A stretch of 64,000 nt of DNA from Coleofasciculus sp. B1-GNL1-01 (GCA_040220235.1 JAVJTO010000051.1), one strand, 5' to 3'. Positions 53,171 through 62,767 are shown, counted from the stretch's first letter. Numbers and translations: made by a program. Notes: generated by a model from the letters alone, not told the origin.

Positions 53171-54136
53171 GTGCTATTACCTTTGATGCCGTAAGGCGTT
53201 GAGCACGCTCGCAAAAAAACGGTTTCTGACGTGATACGTGAGTGCTATTACCTTTGATGCCGTAAGGCGTTGAGCACAAAACTTAGTGTTCGACAAAGAT
53301 AACACTGTATCGTGCTATTACCTTTGATGCCGTAAGGCGTTGAGCACGATAGATTTTTATTCAGCCTATCGTGGATTTTTTGGGTGCTATTACCTTTGAT
53401 GCCGTAAGGCGTTGAGCACAGAGCATTTAGACCTACGGCGCTACCCAAGCCAGTTGTGCTATTACCTTTGATGCCGTAAGGCGTTGAGCACCCTTCCTAG
53501 AGGGTAAATACTATACTTTATCTTTAGAGTGCTATTACCTTTGATGCCGTAAGGCGTTGAGCACTGAACCGTATTCTCTTTCAAATCCATCGTGACTGTA
53601 GTGCTATTACCTTTGATGCCGTAAGGCGTTGAGCACGTTCTCAGCCGTGTTTAAGATTGTTTGATTTCCCTGGTGCTATTACCTTTGATGCCGTAAGGCG
53701 TTGAGCACTAGTAAACGAGCCTGGTCAAAAGGGCTGTCCTGCTGTTGTGCTATTACCTTTGATGCCGTAAGGCGTTGAGCACTTAGTTTAAGCTGTCAGC
53801 AAGCAACTGAGAATAAGTGCTATTACCTTTGATGCCGTAAGGCGTTGAGCACGATACAGTGTTCTTGGGAAAAGAGCACCTAGAGATCTGTGCTATTACC
53901 TTTGATGCCGTAAGGCGTTGAGCACCTCCTTTTCGGAAAGAGGTATTGTTCGAGCCTCTGTGCTATTACCTTTGATGCCGTAAGGCGTTGAGCACAGACT
54001 AATAACACACAACAAGACACTCGGTTAAATGTGCTATTACCTTTGATGCCGTAAGGCGTTGAGCACGAAGAATCCTTAGATGCGATCGCGAATAGTTCTC
54101 GTGCGATTACCTCAGATGCCAATCGGCGTGTTCAAC
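53171..54136 (+). CRISPR. CRISPR array 1: 13 identical 36-bp repeats GTGCTATTACCTTTGATGCCGTAAGGCGTTGAGCAC plus a degenerate terminal repeat (54101-54136); 13 spacers of 34-38 bp
   Basis: Repeats start at 53171, 53242, 53312, 53384, 53456, 53529, 53601, 53673, 53747, 53817, 53890, 53960 and 54031. Confidence 0.98.
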
Positions 54137-54156
54137 TCTAACCAAAGGTATCTTTT

Positions 54157-55809
54157 ATGCAAACACTTGATTCGACCCAAGACACGATTCGTGTGTCTGC
54201 CCTCCACGCCCTCGCTTATTGTCCGCGCCTATTCTATCTAGAAGAAGTCGAAGAACTCTACACCCAAGACGCCGCCGTTTTTGCAGGGCGCCGACTCCAT
54301 GTCGAACTGGAAAAACAAGAGGATGAAGACTGGGAAGACTTATTCCTAGAAAGCCCAGAACTCGGATTACGCGGTCGAGTGGACGCCCTCCGCACCCGCG
54401 ATGGACAAACCATTCCCTACGAACATAAACGCGGACGCTGTTACCGAGACGAGAACAATCAACCCCAAGCCTGGGACAGTGATAAACTGCAAATTCTCGC
54501 CTACGCTTACCTGATTGAATCGGCTTTGGGTATCCCAATTTCAGAAGGACGAATTCGTTACCACGCCGATAACGTCTTAGTTCATGTTCCCCTAGATGAT
54601 CTCGGACGCGCCACGGTGCGAGATGCTATCCAACAAGCGCGAATTCTGCGACAATCCAGTCATCGTCCCCCCGTCACCGACAACGAGAGGATGTGTGTCC
54701 GTTGTTCCCTCTCCCCCGTCTGTTTACCCGAAGAAGCCCGACTCGCCCATAATCGGGAATGGCAACCGATGCGCCTCTTTCCCCCGGATGATGAACGCCA
54801 GGTGATTCATGTCTTGGAACCCGGAACAGCCGTTGGGCGTACCGGGGAACAACTGAAACTCAGCCGCCGGGGTCAACCTGTGGAAACGGTTCCCGTGCGT
54901 CAGGTGGGACAACTCGTCCTCCATAGTTTCTCCCAAATCTCCACCCAAGCGCTGCATTTTTGTGTGACTCAAGGAATTGGTGTGCATTTTATTTCTGGGG
55001 GTGGACGTTATATCGGTAGTTTTGATACCCGACAAGGCAGTATTCAGCGGCGCATCCATCAATATCAAGCCTTGAGTCAGCCGGATACTTGTCTGGAATT
55101 AGCCCGAAAATTAGTCACCTGTCGCGGTCAAGTACAGCGCAAATTCCTGATGCGGGGAAAGCGTGGCAGTCAGGGAAAATCGGCTAAACTAAAACGTGCG
55201 ATCGCGCAGATGAAAGCGGTACTAAAAAATGTCTCTTCTGCCCCATCTCGTGAATCGTTATTGGGATTGGAAGGGAATTTAGCCGCGTCCTATTTTGCCG
55301 CGTTACCCTGTTTAATTGCCGCCACAGTTCCGCCTGAATTACGCTTTGACCATCGCAATCGCCGCCCCCCCAAAGACCGATTTAATGCTTTGTTGAGTTT
55401 TGGCTATGCCTTATTAATTAAGGATGTGATGAATGCCATCCTCACCGTGGGACTAGAACCCGCATTGGGATTTTACCACCAACCTCGTTCTCAAGCTTCA
55501 CCATTGGCACTGGATTTAATGGAAATTTTCCGAGTTCCGTTGGTGGATATGGTGGTTATGGCTTCGATTAATAAAGGTCAGTGGGATGTACAAGCTGACT
55601 TTGACGTGCGAGGAGTACAGGTGTGGTTAAGTGATACGGGACGACGAAAGTTCGTGGGTTTATATGAACGCCGGAAACAGGAAACCTGGAAGCATCCTGT
55701 TACGGGTTATTCTCTCACCTATCGCCGTTTGTTGGAACTTGAAGTCCGTTTGCTGGAAAAAGAATGGTTCGGTGAAGGCGGTTTATTTGGTCAATTAATA
55801 GTGCGTTGA
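54157..55809 (+). CDS. cas1: Cas4-Cas1 fusion
   Basis: N-terminal YCPR..GRVD..EHKRG..C..CSL..VC (Cas4); C-terminal LLGLEG..YF..RRPPKDRFNALLSFGY..GFYH..LALDLMEIFR (Cas1). Confidence 0.95.
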   Translation: MQTLDSTQDTIRVSALHALAYCPRLFYLEEVEELYTQDAAVFAGRRLHVELEKQEDEDWEDLFLESPELGLRGRVDALRTRDGQTIPYEHKRGRCYRDENNQPQAWDSDKLQILAYAYLIESALGIPISEGRIRYHADNVLVHVPLDDLGRATVRDAIQQARILRQSSHRPPVTDNERMCVRCSLSPVCLPEEARLAHNREWQPMRLFPPDDERQVIHVLEPGTAVGRTGEQLKLSRRGQPVETVPVRQVGQLVLHSFSQISTQALHFCVTQGIGVHFISGGGRYIGSFDTRQGSIQRRIHQYQALSQPDTCLELARKLVTCRGQVQRKFLMRGKRGSQGKSAKLKRAIAQMKAVLKNVSSAPSRESLLGLEGNLAASYFAALPCLIAATVPPELRFDHRNRRPPKDRFNALLSFGYALLIKDVMNAILTVGLEPALGFYHQPRSQASPLALDLMEIFRVPLVDMVVMASINKGQWDVQADFDVRGVQVWLSDTGRRKFVGLYERRKQETWKHPVTGYSLTYRRLLELEVRLLEKEWFGEGGLFGQLIVR

Positions 55810-55817
55810 GGTGGGAT

Positions 55818-56111
55818 ATGGGTGAACAAAAAAACTGGTACTTAATTTGTTACGATATCCGCTGTCCCAAGCGCTGGCGCAAGGCGTATAAGTTACTTCA
55901 GGGATACGGTGAGCGGATTCAATACTCTATTTTCCGCTGTTTTTTGACCTTGCGGGGACGGGAAAAGTTGCGATGGGAGTTGGAGAGGGTATTAAAGGCG
56001 GAGGATAGTTTATTGCTAATTCGTCTTTCCGATCAATGTGTAAGTGGACTTCGCGCTTATAATCGTCCTGAGGCTTGGTCTGAGGTTCAAGCGGGATATC
56101 GGATTGTTTGA
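55818..56111 (+). CDS. cas2: Cas2
   Basis: WYLICYDIRCPKRWRK..GYGERIQYSIF. Confidence 0.95.
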   Translation: MGEQKNWYLICYDIRCPKRWRKAYKLLQGYGERIQYSIFRCFLTLRGREKLRWELERVLKAEDSLLLIRLSDQCVSGLRAYNRPEAWSEVQAGYRIV

Positions 56112-56307
56112 TGCAACACTTAAGATTACCTCGGATGCCATTAGGTGTTGATTGATCATGTTTTAACCTCTCTCCTACAAGGAGAGAGTGCTTTTCTACT
56201 CTTGGAAATGGTGTATCACATTGAGTCTGAAAACGCTGTAGCAGCGAGCAAGATGTTAGCAGCGAGCAAGATGCTCGCACTACTATAAGGATGGGTTTGG
56301 GAAAGGC

Positions 56308-56542
56308 TTGCCAAACCGATTGGCAGTTATTATGATTTAAGAGTTCCTGTGATCGCTGTGCCATTACCTTTGATGCTGTAAGCGTTGAGTAGAGTAGAGT
56401 AGAGTACCCATTAGGTGTTGAGCAGAGCAGCGTTGAGCACTATCCCGTAAGTTGGACAGTTGCTGTGAAGCGGGCGGTGAGATTTATTCTTACTTGGGTC
56501 TTGCTGTCCTTGTTCCCTCAGATGCCGTCAGGCGTTTTTCTT
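56308..56542 (+). ncRNA. Candidate crRNA-like regulatory RNA (leader-type promoter, pseudo-repeat, spacer matching the cas6 promoter, pseudo-repeat/terminator)
   Basis: TTGCCA-17-TATGAT at 56308-56336; pseudo-repeat 56358-56440 ending in an intact GCGTTGAGCAC; spacer from 56441 TATCCCGTAAGT; second pseudo-repeat 56507-56542 with GATGCC/GGCGTT stem and T-run. Confidence 0.7.
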
Positions 56543-56558
56543 GAATTTCCTTTTACTG

Positions 56559-56587
56559 TTGACGAGGTGTATAAACCAATGTATCCT
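56559..56587 (+). promoter_or_regulatory. Predicted promoter of the cas6-cas3-cas8-cas7-cas5 operon
   Basis: TTGACG (56559-64), 17 bp, TATCCT (56582-87). Confidence 0.7.
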
Positions 56588-56736
56588 GTAAGTAAGAATA
56601 GAACATCTTAAGCCAGATGGTGCTGAAATTTTGGCTGGTGGGCAATACCCACCCTACGACTGATTTGAGTGCCATTCATCCCCACCTCTGATCGCCGTCA
56701 GGCGCTGAAAACACCTGGTTTCAACTAGGTTCAACA

Positions 56737-57372
56737 ATGAATTCGACAATAGTAGAACGGCAAACAGGTGCGTCTCCTATCGAACTGTTTGTCAATTTAA
56801 GCTTTAGTATTCAAGGACAAATGCTGCCGGCTGATCACGGCTTTGGCTTGTTTTCGGCTTTATCTAAACTTTGTGCGGCGATTCACCAGCAGAATGAAAT
56901 TCAGATATTGACGATTCCCGGTATTCCCGATCGCCAAGGGAAGATTGCGCTGACGGATAGATCGCGCCTGCTGATTCGTTTACCGATTACCAAGATTCCC
57001 TTGGTTTATGCGATCGCGGGAAAGCGAGTTCACATTGGTAATCATCCCATCCAGATTGGGATTCCCAGGATTGAACCCCTCAACGCCAAGTCAAGGGTGC
57101 GATCGCGGATTGTGACGATTAAAGGTTATACCGAACCCGAATCCTTCCTCCAGGCGGCGCAGCGTCAACTGAATCGGTTGGGGGTGTCGGGAGAGGTGCG
57201 AATTCCTCTAAATCGGGATCAAACACCAAAGCGCAAAGCGATAAAAATTCAGCAGGATACGGTAGTTGGATTTACCACTGAAGTTAGCCATCTTAGTGAA
57301 GAGGATTCCCTGACATTGCAACGGTGGGGATTAGGAGGGCGGCGACACATGGGTTGTGGGGTGTTTTTGTAA
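56737..57372 (+). CDS. cas6: Cas6 (Cmx6, MYXAN type)
   Basis: LPADHGFGLFSALS; RIVTIKG; Gly-rich loop GLGGRRHMGCGVF. Confidence 0.93.
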   Translation: MNSTIVERQTGASPIELFVNLSFSIQGQMLPADHGFGLFSALSKLCAAIHQQNEIQILTIPGIPDRQGKIALTDRSRLLIRLPITKIPLVYAIAGKRVHIGNHPIQIGIPRIEPLNAKSRVRSRIVTIKGYTEPESFLQAAQRQLNRLGVSGEVRIPLNRDQTPKRKAIKIQQDTVVGFTTEVSHLSEEDSLTLQRWGLGGRRHMGCGVFL

Positions 57373-57497
57373 CCACTGATTTGACAGATTTATGGGGGAG
57401 ATGGGGGTGGGGGTGAGAGGTTAGTCACACTGATTACACTGAAACGTTAGTTCTCTCGTCTTGGGATGCTGAATCTGCCGCGAAAATTAGGTTGATT

Positions 57498-59849
57498 ATG
57501 TCTAAATTTAAACGACTTCTGGCTAAATCTATCTCTGATTCTGACTCAATTCGGAGTCAAAATGCGGCAAGATTTATAGGTCATATTGCTTTAGTTAAAC
57601 GAGGGGCTGAGGTATTACTTCAGCGTTTAGATAAACGGATTTTTCAACAACTGGGATTGGATGAGAATGAAGTGGAATTATTTACCAATACGGTGAGATT
57701 GGGGGCGTACTTACATGATTGGGGTAAGGCAAATCAGCATTTTCAAGAGATGGTTTATCTGCATACTGCCAAAAAATCCCAAGATCCGAAAAAACGGGAC
57801 AAGCTTAAACAACTGCGTCAATTATGGAATAAACATCAGGGTAAACAAATGATTCGCCATGAAGTTTTAAGCGGTATCCTCGCCTTGCGTGTTCCTGAAT
57901 TTCGCCATTGGTTAGAACAATGTCCCAATACTAATCTGGTGATAGCTGTTTGGGCGGCGATGGGACATCATTTGAAGATGAGTTCTGACCTGGACTTGAC
58001 AATCCGTAGTGGTACCGGAAGTGGTTTATTTATTTATACCGACCACAATGATTTTAAACAAATGTTAAAAATGGGTCGGCAATTGGGACTCCCGGCTAAT
58101 TTGCCTGCCGTTCCTGGAAAAGTTTGGCAGAAGGAAGAACTAGAACGAGAATTAAAAGAATTATATCAGGAATTTGACCAGATTGAACAGCAGATTATCG
58201 CTGAAAACGATACTAGGCGACTGAGATTTATTGCGGCGGTGAAAGCTACGGTAATCGCGGCGGATTTAGCGGGTTCGGCTTTACCTGTTGTGGACGAGAA
58301 TATTAAGGATTGGATTGAGAACGTTTTATCGATTACCCTATCTGAAAACGACTTAGATCAGGTTCTCCAACAACGACTGCAAGGGAAAAAATTACGCCCG
58401 TTTCAACAGAAAATTGCCGCGACTCCCCATCGAATTACTTTAGTTAAAGCCGGGTGTGGTACGGGAAAAACCGTTGGGGCGTATGCGTGGGCAAAAAAAT
58501 GGGCAGGCGATCGCAAGTTATTTTTTGGCTATCCGACGACGGGAACCGCGACTCAGGGGTTTATTGATTACGCCCATGAGACAAAAATTGAAGCCGATTT
58601 AATGCATTCTCGCGCTGATTTAGACCGAGAGATCTTGTTTTCTGGGGATGAAGATGAAGGGATTGAGGATCGCTTAGCCGCCCTCACCGCTTGGAGACAA
58701 AAGTTGATTGTTTGCACCGTAGATACGGTTTTGGGGCTAATGCAAAATAATCGGCGATCGCTGTATTCCTGGAGTGCGATCGCTCAAGGGGCTTTTGTGT
58801 TTGATGAGGTTCATGCTTATGATAACCGCTTATTTGGGGCTTTATTGCGATTTATAGACACCTTTCGCGGCGCACCCATTCTGTTGATGAGTGCCAGTTT
58901 TACACCAGAACAGATTCAGGCAATTCAAGGAGTAGTTGGCGAATTAGGAGAAGCGACTCAGATTATTGAAGGTCCGAAAAATTTAGAAGTTTTACCGCGA
59001 TATCAGATTGAGTCTATCCCATCAGCCGATAACGCTTGGCAGAAGGTGCGAGAAACCTTAACTCGTCAACACCAGAATAAAGTGTTATGGGTGACAAATT
59101 CGGTTAACACCTGTCGGGAACTGTATCTAGAGGCAAAAAAACAGCTTCCGGATTCAATCCCTATATTAATTTATCACAGTCGCTATCGCTATTTTGACCG
59201 ATTGGAGAAACATAAAGCCGTGATCAACGCCTTTGAACGTGACGGGGCGGTGTTAGCAATTACCACTCAAGTTTGTGAAATGTCCTTAGATTTGAGTGCG
59301 GATTTATTAGTCACGCCCATCGCCCCAGCATCGGCGTTAATTCAGCGATTAGGGCGATTAAATCGGCGGGTGATTACTACAGCAAACTATCGGGTAAAAC
59401 TGGCGTCGGGTCAAATTACCCCAGCCTTAGTTTACCCCTGGGATGATTCACGTCCTTATTCCCAAGACGAATTAGAAACGGGACAGCAGTTGGTTAATAA
59501 ACTAGCCGAAAAAGTGATTTCCCAGCAAGATTTAGCCACGATTGTCGCCCAAATGTCTACTCCAGAACAACAGCCAAGTCAATCGGAATGGTTAGAGGGA
59601 TGTTGGTGTACCCGTCCTAATTTTCTACGGGAACCGGGCTATACGATTACGGTTTTACTAGAGGAAGATTTAGTTAATATTAAAAATGCCGCCAATCAAC
59701 GTCAGGATAAATCCTTTAAAAAAGAACGTCAACGGTGGACAATTCCAATTCGGATTATCCCTGGGTTTGAGAAGTGGCGGCGGAATGGATATTATCCCAT
59801 CGCACCCCCTGATCAAGTGGAATACAGTTCAGAAACAGGGGCAAAATGA
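57498..59849 (+). CDS. cas3: Cas3 HD nuclease-helicase
   Basis: LHDWGKAN; RHE; GHH; AADLAGS; GCGTGKT; FDEVH; YHSRY; TQVCEMSLD; QRLGRLNR. Confidence 0.95.
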   Translation: MSKFKRLLAKSISDSDSIRSQNAARFIGHIALVKRGAEVLLQRLDKRIFQQLGLDENEVELFTNTVRLGAYLHDWGKANQHFQEMVYLHTAKKSQDPKKRDKLKQLRQLWNKHQGKQMIRHEVLSGILALRVPEFRHWLEQCPNTNLVIAVWAAMGHHLKMSSDLDLTIRSGTGSGLFIYTDHNDFKQMLKMGRQLGLPANLPAVPGKVWQKEELERELKELYQEFDQIEQQIIAENDTRRLRFIAAVKATVIAADLAGSALPVVDENIKDWIENVLSITLSENDLDQVLQQRLQGKKLRPFQQKIAATPHRITLVKAGCGTGKTVGAYAWAKKWAGDRKLFFGYPTTGTATQGFIDYAHETKIEADLMHSRADLDREILFSGDEDEGIEDRLAALTAWRQKLIVCTVDTVLGLMQNNRRSLYSWSAIAQGAFVFDEVHAYDNRLFGALLRFIDTFRGAPILLMSASFTPEQIQAIQGVVGELGEATQIIEGPKNLEVLPRYQIESIPSADNAWQKVRETLTRQHQNKVLWVTNSVNTCRELYLEAKKQLPDSIPILIYHSRYRYFDRLEKHKAVINAFERDGAVLAITTQVCEMSLDLSADLLVTPIAPASALIQRLGRLNRRVITTANYRVKLASGQITPALVYPWDDSRPYSQDELETGQQLVNKLAEKVISQQDLATIVAQMSTPEQQPSQSEWLEGCWCTRPNFLREPGYTITVLLEEDLVNIKNAANQRQDKSFKKERQRWTIPIRIIPGFEKWRRNGYYPIAPPDQVEYSSETGAK

Positions 59850-59907
59850 TTTGTAGGGGCGCTATCCTTGCGCCCGAAAAACTCAAGGAAACGCCAATAA
59901 TTTGAAT

Positions 59908-60082
59908 CAGGGCGGGTTTTGTTGTTCATTTATCGGTGAGGAGGGCGGGTTTTGTTGTTCATTTATCGGTGAATATCTGAATTTAGTCCCTAAACCCGCC
60001 CCTACAGATTCCCTAAACCCGCCCCGACAATTGATTCCCTAAACCCGCCCCGACAATTGTCCCTAAACCCGCCCCGACAATC
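59908..60082. repeat. Cluster of REP-like units: 2x AGGGCGGGTTTTGTTGTTCATTTATCGGTGA and 4x CCCTAAACCCGCCCC(T/G)ACA; related copies at ~19570-19635, ~36349-36410 and ~61725-61792
   Basis: Tandem and inverted repeats visible between cas3 and cas8. Confidence 0.8.
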
Positions 60083-60130
60083 CGGATTAATCAAAGGTAA
60101 ATTCATAACTAATAGGTCGATTAAACGTTT

Positions 60131-61633
60131 ATGTCAACCCAATTAACTTTAAAATTAAATAATCCTCACTTTACTTTACTCCATCGCGCCGGATTAGCTG
60201 GGTTATGGATGAGTTTAAAGCAACTTGAAGCCGAAACAAATATTCGCGATCGCCCGGGTTATATTACCTGGGAACTAACACAGCGTCAGGTGAGTTTACA
60301 GTGGGAGGGAGAGGATTTTCAAGTCTTAAATTGGCTATTAAACGAATCCTTTCAATTAGACGATGGACGGATATCTTTAAGAGGATTAGTCTCGAAGACA
60401 ATGGACATTCAATCTCAGTTAATCCTGCACCAAGGTATCCTGGGAACATTTTTACAACATAATAAAACCCATACATCTACAGGACTTGTCTCTAAATCCT
60501 TTGTGATTGAAGAAGGTAAACCCGAATTAGTGGCGCGATATAAACATCTCTCTGGATACATCTATCAACAGGCAAAAATACTGTGTGACAAGCAGGGAAA
60601 ATTCCTCACCAAACCGATTAAAGTACCGGGATGGTTAAATCCGGGGACAGTAGTACGACATATTGCCTTTAGTTCCAGTACCAGCTTTGAAGAACCACCA
60701 GACGCCGTATTCGTTTTATTATTTGCCGCCGTAGCCTGTTGTTACTATTCGATTCGGTCTAAATTACGGGATAAACGGGCAGAATATGCTTTAGTAATTC
60801 CCGAAATTACCGACTTAGCCGCTTATGCCAATTGGCGGCGTCATCGGAAATGGCGCGAGGAGGGATACAAGGACTTTTTTGCCTCTGGGTTAGGGGATGC
60901 GGGGTTAAAATTTTTGACTTATATTACTAAGGATATTTTGGCAGAACGTCCCTTACAACGCTGTCAGGTGATTACATTAGGAACAGTTCCTTGGGCAAGT
61001 CAACAAAAAACGCGCACGGATTTGTATTTAGTGGAGGCAAATGAACGAATTGAGCGGAATTATCAGGTTTGCGATAATTATTTAAGTACCCGTGATGTGG
61101 CGGGGAAAGAAGGGTTGTTTATTTCCTGTAGTTTTGCCAGGGAGTTAATTGCAGAAAACTTAGCCAGGGGTAAACATTGGTATGCAGGTTTGGCAGATAA
61201 TGCCACAAGTAACGAGTTATTTCAAAAATTGACCTATGAACGCGGAGGACTAAATCAGATGGTTCAAGAAGTGGAATGGGATCGAGAAAGTGAGAAGCTA
61301 TTTGTCAAGGCTTGTCATGAAGCGATCGCCTATAACCATAAACAACTTTATAAACGAGCAAAAGAGAAGAAGGAAGAGCCGAATTATGAACGGGAGGATA
61401 CCAAATTTCGCACCGGATTAGCACGGTGTAAAACCGCTGTGGCGTTTCGGGAGTTTATTACCGATTACTTGTCGAGGGCGCAATTTATGCCCACCCTGGA
61501 GGAAAATTGGGAAGAGTTTATGGATTTGATTCTGGGGGCAAAGGATTGGAAAAAAGGACGAGATTTAGCGTTATTAGCCTTAGCCAGTTATCAGCGCAGT
61601 AGTCAGAGTCAAGAGGAGGAATTTGATTTTTAA
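60131..61633 (+). CDS. cas8: Cas8a1/Cmx1 (DevT-like) large subunit
   Basis: TLLHRAGLAGLWMSL; GILGTFLQH; WLNPG..VRH; WASQQKTRT; RDLALLALASY. Confidence 0.9.
   Translation: MSTQLTLKLNNPHFTLLHRAGLAGLWMSLKQLEAETNIRDRPGYITWELTQRQVSLQWEGEDFQVLNWLLNESFQLDDGRISLRGLVSKTMDIQSQLILHQGILGTFLQHNKTHTSTGLVSKSFVIEEGKPELVARYKHLSGYIYQQAKILCDKQGKFLTKPIKVPGWLNPGTVVRHIAFSSSTSFEEPPDAVFVLLFAAVACCYYSIRSKLRDKRAEYALVIPEITDLAAYANWRRHRKWREEGYKDFFASGLGDAGLKFLTYITKDILAERPLQRCQVITLGTVPWASQQKTRTDLYLVEANERIERNYQVCDNYLSTRDVAGKEGLFISCSFARELIAENLARGKHWYAGLADNATSNELFQKLTYERGGLNQMVQEVEWDRESEKLFVKACHEAIAYNHKQLYKRAKEKKEEPNYEREDTKFRTGLARCKTAVAFREFITDYLSRAQFMPTLEENWEEFMDLILGAKDWKKGRDLALLALASYQRSSQSQEEEFDF
61259..61633 (+). CDS. cas11: Putative internally initiated Cas11 small subunit (124 aa, in frame within cas8)
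   Basis: GGAGG at 61244-48 ahead of in-frame ATG 61259 (MVQEVEW..). Confidence 0.7.
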   Translation: MVQEVEWDRESEKLFVKACHEAIAYNHKQLYKRAKEKKEEPNYEREDTKFRTGLARCKTAVAFREFITDYLSRAQFMPTLEENWEEFMDLILGAKDWKKGRDLALLALASYQRSSQSQEEEFDF

Positions 61634-61846
61634 TAGTAAATGTTGTCAGGGCGTGTAGGGGCGAAGCATTGGTGCCACCATCTTTATCCGAATCCGAATA
61701 ATTTTGGGTTTTAATCATCAATTGAATCAGGGCGGGTTTCGTTGTTCAGTTATCAGTCACCCCCTTAATTAAGTCCCTAAACCCGCCCCTACAGCCCAGA
61801 TCTCAACCCCAAAGTAATCAATTATCAACCATTTGGAGAACAAATC

Positions 61847-62767
61847 ATGACCTTTCATTTATTTGGCAATATCTTAACTAGCTACGGCACCGCCGCCAAT
61901 AACCGTGGCGAAAATGAAGGCAATATTACCACCCTGCAAAAACTCCTCTGGAAAGGAGAGGTTCACACCACCGTATCCGCTGAAGCCATCCGCTGGGCGC
62001 TACGATACTATTGGCAAACTGCTGGGGGTGACTATGCGGTAAATCGCTGTTGGGATGATCAGAAAAATGATAATGTTTTACAGGGGAGTTTTGATGAAAC
62101 CACCTACATTGATGATGATGTCCTCGGTTACATGAAAGCGGAAGGGGCGAAACAAGAATTTAGTGACGAAGAGAAAAAAGGGAAAGGGAAGAAAGCCAAA
62201 GGGACTAATTTAGCAAGGCGGGGAGTCTTAGAAGTCACTCGCGCTGTTTCCACGATTCCTTATGCGGGAGATATTACCTTTAATTCCGCCAGTGGACAAA
62301 AGGGGAGAACCTCTCTTTATGGCACAGAAGTTCACGCCACGCGCTATCAATATGGGTTCGCTTTAACCCCTAATCGATTGAAAGAGACATCTCGGATCAT
62401 TCCAGTGTTAGACGGGTTAGTATCCCTAGGAGAAGTCGCCGGAAACCACGCCCGTTTTCTCTATGATTTTTCGCCAGAAAGTTTAGTCTTGCGGTGGACA
62501 CAGGATTTCTCGCCTCGGATTCTCTATTGTTTCCAGGAAAATGAAGATGGGGAGATATCTTTGCCCAGTTTAATCCATCGTGTGGAAGTGGGAGACATTG
62601 AAGCAACGGAACTTTGGGTAGCCGGTGCAATTGCCAAAACCCCAGAGGGCGATCGCTTGGAGGAATTAGGTGCTAATGTGCTAGCGGGGACAAAAGTAGC
62701 ACTTTCGACGCTAAAACAACGGATTGCTGATGATTTACAGTTACCGCAATTGGAGGGAGTATCATGA
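61847..62767 (+). CDS. cas7: Cas7 (Cst2/DevR)
   Basis: AANNRGENEGNITTLQK; VSAEAIRWALR; IDDDVLGYM; VAGNHARFLYDFSP. Confidence 0.93.
   Translation: MTFHLFGNILTSYGTAANNRGENEGNITTLQKLLWKGEVHTTVSAEAIRWALRYYWQTAGGDYAVNRCWDDQKNDNVLQGSFDETTYIDDDVLGYMKAEGAKQEFSDEEKKGKGKKAKGTNLARRGVLEVTRAVSTIPYAGDITFNSASGQKGRTSLYGTEVHATRYQYGFALTPNRLKETSRIIPVLDGLVSLGEVAGNHARFLYDFSPESLVLRWTQDFSPRILYCFQENEDGEISLPSLIHRVEVGDIEATELWVAGAIAKTPEGDRLEELGANVLAGTKVALSTLKQRIADDLQLPQLEGVS

Noticed and set aside
54067..54100. Spacer 13 shares GCGATCGCGAATAG with ~2701-2714 (self-targeting?)
   Set aside because: Only 14 nt, 8 of which are the ubiquitous HIP1 octamer; the flanks do not match.
52989..54122. ORFs with repeated CSTPYGIKGNST (also 63763..63945)
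   Set aside because: Translations of CRISPR repeats, not genes.
56477..56506. Alternative guide register using GTGAGATT as handle and a TTC PAM on the opposite strand
   Set aside because: The handle is poor and has no upstream stem. The 56441 register has a perfect handle, an ATG PAM and the position-6 mismatch.
56143..56736. CreT-like toxin or small toxic ORF paired with the guide RNA
   Set aside because: No mini-ORF with a clear RBS was seen; the guide's target is the cas promoter itself.
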